A stretch of DNA of 52,512 nucleotides. Source: Candidatus Helarchaeota ASGARD archaeon Hel_GB_A (GTDB taxonomy: Archaea > Asgardarchaeota > Lokiarchaeia > Helarchaeales > HEL-GB-A). Of the stretch, positions 35,856 through 41,988 are shown in pieces. The position numbers and the translations under genes were made by a program. How positions within the stretch are numbered: the stretch's first letter is position 1; each line of letters begins with the position of its first letter. A model generated the notes under the pieces. The model did not search any database. It was not told where the DNA came from and saw only the letters and a list, made by a program, of their open reading frames with translations. The stretch is taken from assembly GCA_005191415.1 (NCBI GenBank), contig SUPS01000001.1, forward strand, positions 1-52,512. The letters are read 5' to 3'.

Positions 35856-36311
35856 ATGTATGATCAGAAAGGAATTATTGATCATATCCAAGAATTAGAA
35901 CTAGCGATTGCTGATTGGAAACGTTACCAACAAATACCTTTGGATGAATTTCTAAAAGACCGAGATAAACAAAATATGATTTTACATGCATTATTAATTG
36001 CCACTTAATCTGCCATCGATATCGCAAATCATTTAATTGCTGAATTTAAATTAACTCGTCCAACAACTTATAGAGAATGTTTTGAAATCCTTGAAGCTGC
36101 TAATCTTCTTCCTTCAGATCTAGCATCTAATCTTGCCGATTTAGCTGGTTTTCGTAATGTTTTAGTCCACATTTACTGGCGATTAGATTTAAATGAAATT
36201 CACAAGATTTTACTGGAAGACCTTCCCACATTACAAAAATATTTGCAATGGGTAAAGAATTTACTTAAAAACTCAAAATTAAAAGAAGAAAATAAGCCTT
36301 CAAATCATTAA
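35856..36311 (+). pseudogene. HEPN (DUF86) toxin gene interrupted by an in-frame TAA
   Basis: The ATG abuts the MNT stop (TAAATG). Translation gives MYDQKGIIDHIQELE ... ILHALLIAT*SAIDIANHLIAEF ... LAGFRNVLVHIYW (RX4H HEPN motif) ... SNH. The internal stop is at 36006-36008. Neither half is in the ORF track. Confidence 0.75.
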
Positions 36312-36379
36312 GATTAATATTGGTCCCCAATATCAAAAGATTTTTGAACAAAATTTCAGAAATTTAAACGTGTTTCATT

Positions 36380-37453
36380 ATGGTTAAAACGATTGCCGAA
36401 TTGAAAATAGAACTTCTCTCTTATGGGATGAGAAGTGAGTTTGGAGCATTTAAGGGCCGAAAAGAGGGTGCAGGTCCCGCAGGAGGTCGATTTTTTCGCT
36501 TAACAAATGGGTCCTGCGTAAATGTCCCTTTATGGCCCGAATTTACGAAGAAATCCCCTTATTCCCTCAAACATGGGCAGGTTTTCCTTAATAATTCTCC
36601 CTTAGATGTAGAATTACTTCCGATCCCAAAATTTTATTCAAAACTCACTTCCGATGGTATTCCAATGAAAAAAATTGCGCTACTCCACGGAATTAACTGC
36701 ATTGCTTCAACGGTTGTGCAATCATGCATTTATTGGAGGGACAATCTTCCTTGCCAATTTTGTGGTATCGAATTATCTCTCCGATCTGGCACCACTACTG
36801 CTGTTAAAACCCCAACACAATTGAGAGAGGTCATAGGAGCGGCAATTGATGAAGGTGTTTGCCAACACGTTACACTAACAATCGGCAGTCTCCCGCGCCC
36901 TGACAAAGGCGTCGGTATCTACGTAGATATTGTCCGCGAAATTACGCAATATTATGATGTTCCTATTCATGTCCAACTAGAGCCACCCAAAAATATTGAA
37001 AATCTTGGAGATCTATATGATGCAGGAGTTATTACAGTCGGAATTCATTATGAATCCTTTGATCGTGATATATTACAAACAATGTGCCCCGGAAAAATAC
37101 AAATTCCACTTGACAAATATATAAAGGCATGGAAATTCGCAGTTAATCTCTTTGGAGAATGCCAAGTCGATTCATATATTATAGTCGGTTTAGGAGAATC
37201 TGATACCAGTATTTTAAAAGGCTCTGAACTCCTTTTACAATTAGGTGTAATCCCTTATGTCGTGCCTTTTCGCCCTATAACGGGTTCTCTTTTGGAATCC
37301 CACTCAACCCCACCCCCGAGTCGCCTCAACCCACTTTTTAAACAACTCGCCCAATTGCTCCATGACTATGGCATCGATCCTCGGAAAAATAAAGCTGGAT
37401 GCGTGCGATGTGGCGCTTGCAGTCCTCTTACTGAAGCTTTTAAATACTTTTAA
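36380..37453 (+). CDS. Radical SAM-like TIM-barrel protein with a non-canonical cysteine spacing
   Basis: 357-aa ORF. NCIASTVVQSCIYWRDNLPCQFCGI (C-x8-C-x8-C-x2-C, with no CX3CX2C). HVTLTIGS and VGIHYESFD are barrel-like motifs. C-terminal GCVRCGACSP cluster. Confidence 0.5.
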   Translation: MVKTIAELKIELLSYGMRSEFGAFKGRKEGAGPAGGRFFRLTNGSCVNVPLWPEFTKKSPYSLKHGQVFLNNSPLDVELLPIPKFYSKLTSDGIPMKKIALLHGINCIASTVVQSCIYWRDNLPCQFCGIELSLRSGTTTAVKTPTQLREVIGAAIDEGVCQHVTLTIGSLPRPDKGVGIYVDIVREITQYYDVPIHVQLEPPKNIENLGDLYDAGVITVGIHYESFDRDILQTMCPGKIQIPLDKYIKAWKFAVNLFGECQVDSYIIVGLGESDTSILKGSELLLQLGVIPYVVPFRPITGSLLESHSTPPPSRLNPLFKQLAQLLHDYGIDPRKNKAGCVRCGACSPLTEAFKYF

Positions 37454-37492
37454 AAAATTAAGAAAAAATTACATAGAACATAAAAAGGAAGA

Positions 37493-37539
37493 TTTGAACT
37501 ACTATTTAGAAAACAAGAAGAAATTTTGAACTACTATTT
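37493..37539. repeat. Perfect 15-nt direct repeat TTTGAACTACTATTT, two copies
   Basis: Copies at 37493-37507 and 37525-37539, in the convergent intergenic spacer. Followed by A10 (T10 on the minus strand). Confidence 0.8.
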
Positions 37540-37541
37540 TC

Positions 37542-37551
37542 AAAAAAAAAA
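37542..37551 (-). terminator. T10 tract on the minus strand downstream of the acyl-CoA synthetase-like gene
   Basis: A10 on the plus strand at 37542-37551. Oligo-T is the archaeal RNA polymerase termination signal. It lies about 160 nt past the stop at 37712. Confidence 0.3.
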
Positions 37552-37711
37552 TAAGATTCCCTCCCGATACCAGCGATGCGGGATAGTAATTGCTATAATG
37601 GCTGCATATCCGATAACAAAAATTCCGAATACAATTAAAATTCGCTTGTACTTAGCACTTACGTCCAATTACTGCGTCCTCTAAGTGAATTTTAGAATTA
37701 TTGGCAAAAGT

Positions 37712-39091
37712 TTATTGGCGAAACTTCAGTTTATAGAAGTAGTAAAGGGTCCAGAGTGCTTTGACAGCACGTTCTACATCTTGAATGTAATATAACATAT
37801 TTATCTTGTCCAATCCTTTTGTAATTCGCTCAAGCGATGGTCGTTCAACTTGAATACACGCCACCACGATTGGTTTCTCTGGGAACTCTTCTTGCAAGGT
37901 TCCAAAATAAGTAGGGATATCGAATTCAATTTCCTTGAAAATTTCTAAGACTACAATTACAGCATTGATGTTCTCATCCTTTAAGAGGGCGCGGATTCCA
38001 GCGGCGTATTTTTCCCCTACTTCTACTCCATCAAATCGAAGTGGAGGCCAATAATCAACAGGATTGGGATTTGGATCTTGATTATAGGGATGTAGAACTT
38101 TTGCGCGAAGTTCTTGCTTAGTTTCATCAGATAAAACGCCCAATTCAAAACCATAAACAGGTAATTTGGTTGTGATTAGCGTGAGAGCACCTGAACTCGG
38201 CCCTATCAACCCTACCTTATTTCCTCGTGGTAATGGTGCGCGGAGAAAGGCTTTTCCCATCTCGAATAATTCATGATAGGTTTCAACTGGAATAGCCCCC
38301 GATTCCTGTAATATGGTGCAAGGTGTGGATTGATTAGCTTTCAAAAATAGAATGGGTTTTTCTGTATGATATTTAGCAATTACTTTCAACAAATTTTTAT
38401 CCAGTCGTACAAGATGAAGTAAAATTACCTCCGTTGCAGGATCTTCTATGAGATATTGCAAGACTTCGTGTTTTTGCACATCACATGCTTTTCCAAGATG
38501 GGCAATTTTTGAAAATCCAATTTCTTGATTCGGACTCCACCATCCGCATCCTCCTGCTAATCCACCTGATGCTGCAATATAGCTAATCCGTCCAAATCCG
38601 TTAAAATTGCACCGAACTGGGATTATAGATGTTGTAAAATTATCTGAGAAATTAATAAATCCAATCGTATTTGACCCTATAATACGGACATCATTTTCAC
38701 GAGCAAGATTAGTGAGTGCCATTTCGGTTTGCGTGTCTAAGAAGGATGCCTCGACCATTATGCTCTTGATCCCGAAATCAATACAAATCTCAACAGCTTT
38801 GAGAACTTTACTCGCACTCAGCACCACAATACCTAATTCAGGAATTTCTGGAAGATCCTTTATACTTTTATAGGTTGGAATCCCAAGAATTTCATCTCTG
38901 TTGGGATTAACAAGGTAGACCTTCCCTTTATAACCAATATTTCTCAAATTGCGAATAATTTGATTGCCAAATTTCCCCCTAACGTTACTTGCCCCACAAA
39001 TCACAACTGATTTTGGATTAAAAAATGGTTTCAAGTCCGACTTCAGTCTATACGATTGTTTTAGTTCCATAATAACCAGATTTTCATCCAC
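37712..39091 (-). CDS. ADP-forming acyl-CoA synthetase alpha-like paralogue lacking the phosphohistidine loop
   Basis: 459-aa ORF. PKSVVICGAS, GSNTIGF and IAASGG are conserved. Where the paralogue at 28092 has GGQTDVGARAALSHTGSLAGSNQLWNSLFHQTGAIPV, this protein has KANQSTPCTILQESGAIPV (nt ~38312-38341). Confidence 0.7.
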   Translation of the reverse strand: MDENLVIMELKQSYRLKSDLKPFFNPKSVVICGASNVRGKFGNQIIRNLRNIGYKGKVYLVNPNRDEILGIPTYKSIKDLPEIPELGIVVLSASKVLKAVEICIDFGIKSIMVEASFLDTQTEMALTNLARENDVRIIGSNTIGFINFSDNFTTSIIPVRCNFNGFGRISYIAASGGLAGGCGWWSPNQEIGFSKIAHLGKACDVQKHEVLQYLIEDPATEVILLHLVRLDKNLLKVIAKYHTEKPILFLKANQSTPCTILQESGAIPVETYHELFEMGKAFLRAPLPRGNKVGLIGPSSGALTLITTKLPVYGFELGVLSDETKQELRAKVLHPYNQDPNPNPVDYWPPLRFDGVEVGEKYAAGIRALLKDENINAVIVVLEIFKEIEFDIPTYFGTLQEEFPEKPIVVACIQVERPSLERITKGLDKINMLYYIQDVERAVKALWTLYYFYKLKFRQ

Positions 39092-39283
39092 TTATGTATT
39101 GTGTTAATAAACGAAATTTTCGTTTAAAAAATCTTTCTTACTAACTAAGGTAATTTTAGTTAGATTTTCAAATTCAATAGTTGATTTCTCTGCTTCCATT
39201 CGAAATCTAAAATGAAAAACTTTATTATTACTTATTTTTCGGTTATAGCTAGTTGCCTATAAACGAAAGTAAGTGCTTTTGAA

Positions 39284-40744
39284 ATGAAACCTGATTATGA
39301 TGTAATAGTAATCGGAACTGGGATCGGCGGATCTGCTTGCGCGGCTTTACTCAGTCAAGCGGGATTCAAGACCTTAGTTCTAGAAAAGAATGAGCGCGTA
39401 GGTGGAATGTGCTCCTCTTACGAAAAGGAAGGATTCATTATCGATTCTGCTATTCATGTCTTTTCGTCAGGAATCAAGGGCCGATTTGGAAAAATTATGA
39501 AAAAAATTGGATTGGACAATCTTAAATTTGTAAATATTACAGATCGCACGGGGATGCGGGCATTAGGACAAAAGGGATATACACGTCTTGCCCTGAGTGC
39601 GAGTGCTTTGAGTAAATCTGAAGGACCGACATTCAAAGATCCTCAGCAAGTAGATCTTGGAGGAATGGGTTTCCAAGGAAACGATATGAAAGTATTAATG
39701 CAGATAATGGGTAAGATTTTACAAACGTCCAAGAAAAAACTCCGAAAAATGCATGAGGAAAAATTAACATTTGAAGAATTCTTAGCACAATTCTCTCCAA
39801 GTAAAGGTGTGAAATCTCTCCTCGCCTTTTTAGCTGGAGGAATGTTTGGATTAGCTCCAAAGATGGCGAGTGCTCCCGAACTAATACAAGGGCTTCAAGA
39901 ATGGGTCATTACCGATGATCTTTCATACCCTATTGGAGGTGCAATTGCAGTCCCGCGAGCTTTCCTTCAAGGAGTGACTAAATATGGAGGCGAAGTTCGT
40001 ACAAGGGCTAAAGTATCTAAAATTCTTGTTGAAAATGATAAAGTCATTGGGGTAGAAGTCGATGGCGCGCCGATTTACTCGAACATTGTGGTTTCTAATG
40101 CTGGAATCAAGCCTACAGTTCGTTCTTTGGTTGGAAAAAAATATTTTGATACGGATTATGTTAAGCAGGTTGAATCCCTGGTCCCTTCTTATTCTGCTAC
40201 GACTTTTAAATTTGCCCTCAGAGAACCCATTATTGACCACTTTGTTTGGGTAAATCTCTATCATGGTGATTTAAGTAGCTTCGGTGCCGATAAACGGGAT
40301 CCTAACGCACCAAAAGCCACGGGGTTCATGACTATGATCCCCTCGAATGCCGACCCAAATCTCGCCCCTCCAGGGCACCAACTCGTTATCTTTGGAACCC
40401 TTGCTCCAACCCGCCCTAAAAATTGGAAAGACTGGACTGATTATTATTACCAAGAAATTCTCAAGTTTTACCCGGAGATCGAAGATAAGACACTGTTCGT
40501 AGATATCACCACCCCTTTGGACCTTCAAAAACTTTCCGGGAAGGCATTTGGGCCTATAGAAACTACCGCTTTAACTCCCGAACAATCAGGGCCTTATCGA
40601 ATTTCTTCAGAATTACCTATCGAAGGATTATACGTGGTAGGTGACACCGCTGGTACCAATACGCACGGTATTGGAACTCAACTCGCAGCCGATAGCGGTA
40701 TAAAAGGTGCAAATTTAATAATCAACAAATATAAGAAATCTTAA
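39284..40744 (+). CDS. FAD/NAD(P)-dependent oxidoreductase of the phytoene desaturase (CrtI, COG1233) family
   Basis: 486-aa ORF. YDVIVIGTGIGGSACAALLSQAGFKTLVLEKNERVGG is the dinucleotide-binding motif. The C-terminal YVVGDTAGT is also present. Confidence 0.85.
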   Translation: MKPDYDVIVIGTGIGGSACAALLSQAGFKTLVLEKNERVGGMCSSYEKEGFIIDSAIHVFSSGIKGRFGKIMKKIGLDNLKFVNITDRTGMRALGQKGYTRLALSASALSKSEGPTFKDPQQVDLGGMGFQGNDMKVLMQIMGKILQTSKKKLRKMHEEKLTFEEFLAQFSPSKGVKSLLAFLAGGMFGLAPKMASAPELIQGLQEWVITDDLSYPIGGAIAVPRAFLQGVTKYGGEVRTRAKVSKILVENDKVIGVEVDGAPIYSNIVVSNAGIKPTVRSLVGKKYFDTDYVKQVESLVPSYSATTFKFALREPIIDHFVWVNLYHGDLSSFGADKRDPNAPKATGFMTMIPSNADPNLAPPGHQLVIFGTLAPTRPKNWKDWTDYYYQEILKFYPEIEDKTLFVDITTPLDLQKLSGKAFGPIETTALTPEQSGPYRISSELPIEGLYVVGDTAGTNTHGIGTQLAADSGIKGANLIINKYKKS

Positions 40745-40768
40745 GGTAACGAGAAGACTATTCGAATA

Positions 40769-41839
40769 TTATTTGGGCGCAAGGAATTTCTTCAGACGAT
40801 CTTCTTTTGTATCTAATTTTTTTCTTAATTGCGCTGCTTTTTTCCCTAATAAAAGAAATAGTGTATCTAAAAATTTGTTTTTTAAGTCCAGTTGTTCTAG
40901 AACTACTTCTACATCAATTTTATTCTCTACTTTTTCCAATAATTCTTCTAATTGTTCTGATTTTTTAACCATTTTTAAGATTGAAATTCGGATAAAAGTC
41001 AGAATTTCATTTTCTGATTTCATTTTCTTAATTTTTTTGAGTAAAGTTTTCGCAAAAATGAAATCGTTCTCTAAATTCTGAAATTTTCCTCTATCAATGT
41101 AATATGTTGGTAATTGATATAAGGATTTAAAGACGGGCGGATTTTTATTCCATTCACGCTCTTCTACCATTAAAATATCAAATGCAGGTATTTCTAGCGT
41201 GTCCGCTGTTATTGTTTCAGTTACGACGATCTTATGGGGAATGAGGGGGATGAGTGAATTGCAAATATTCATTGCAGTTTTAAGGTCTTTCCCTACGATT
41301 ACAACAGGAAAATTACAAATGATGCAATGTAAGAGTTTAACTAAATTATCTTTTTTGATGATTTTAAATAGTGATTTAATTGGTAATGTTTCAATGGGTT
41401 TTGTAAATTGATAATCTATTTTTTTAATATCTTCGAAAAGGCGCATCAATTCAACAGTGCTCACTGAGGGATCTTCACTTCTTAAGGCAGGTATGATTTG
41501 TTTTATTCGATTTTCTAAATATTCTGAATTATCATATAATAATTTTTCATCTTTCTTATCTACAAGTATTGAGACGGCTGCGGGTCTCGTGCCTCCTCTT
41601 GCCTGGCTAGTGGGAATGACGAAATAATAAATAAACATTGATAAACTTGCGAGTGACAAAGCTATAATTGCTTTTCCTTCATGGTCTTTCTGGTATTCCC
41701 CAAAAAACGATGATGTTAAAGATTGGACGGCAACATTCATAATCAACTCTTCACTGGTATCAGCCGGCAGATAAAATGCGGGCATTGGTCCGAATTCGTC
41801 ATCGAACACCGAATATAATAGAATTTTGTCGGTCATCAC
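40769..41839 (-). CDS. Hypothetical protein; candidate longin plus DENN-core (folliculin/SMCR8-like) architecture with a K/E-rich helical tail
   Basis: 356-aa ORF. The N-terminal ~120 aa has a longin-like secondary-structure pattern with FIYYFVIPTSQARGGTRPAAVSILVD. Residues ~150-225 read LPIKSLFKIIKKDNLVKLLHCIICNFPVVIVGKDLKTAMNICNSLIPLIPHKIVV. See findings. Confidence 0.7.
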   Translation of the reverse strand: MMTDKILLYSVFDDEFGPMPAFYLPADTSEELIMNVAVQSLTSSFFGEYQKDHEGKAIIALSLASLSMFIYYFVIPTSQARGGTRPAAVSILVDKKDEKLLYDNSEYLENRIKQIIPALRSEDPSVSTVELMRLFEDIKKIDYQFTKPIETLPIKSLFKIIKKDNLVKLLHCIICNFPVVIVGKDLKTAMNICNSLIPLIPHKIVVTETITADTLEIPAFDILMVEEREWNKNPPVFKSLYQLPTYYIDRGKFQNLENDFIFAKTLLKKIKKMKSENEILTFIRISILKMVKKSEQLEELLEKVENKIDVEVVLEQLDLKNKFLDTLFLLLGKKAAQLRKKLDTKEDRLKKFLAPK

Positions 41840-41988
41840 ATCTATTCCATTATATTTTTACTAATTCGTACTTCCTACTTATCTTCTTACCTTTTAAAAA
41901 ACCTATCTTACAGAAATTTCCTATTTCGGTATATCGTCTTATATTTATTTATACGCACGATGATATTCTAATCTTTTATATTTACTTT

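Noticed and set aside
36006-36008. In-frame TAA in the HEPN gene as possible stop-codon recoding
   Set aside because: TAA terminates many well-supported genes in this window (e.g. at 35853-35855 and 36309-36311). A nonsense mutation or sequencing error is the simpler explanation.
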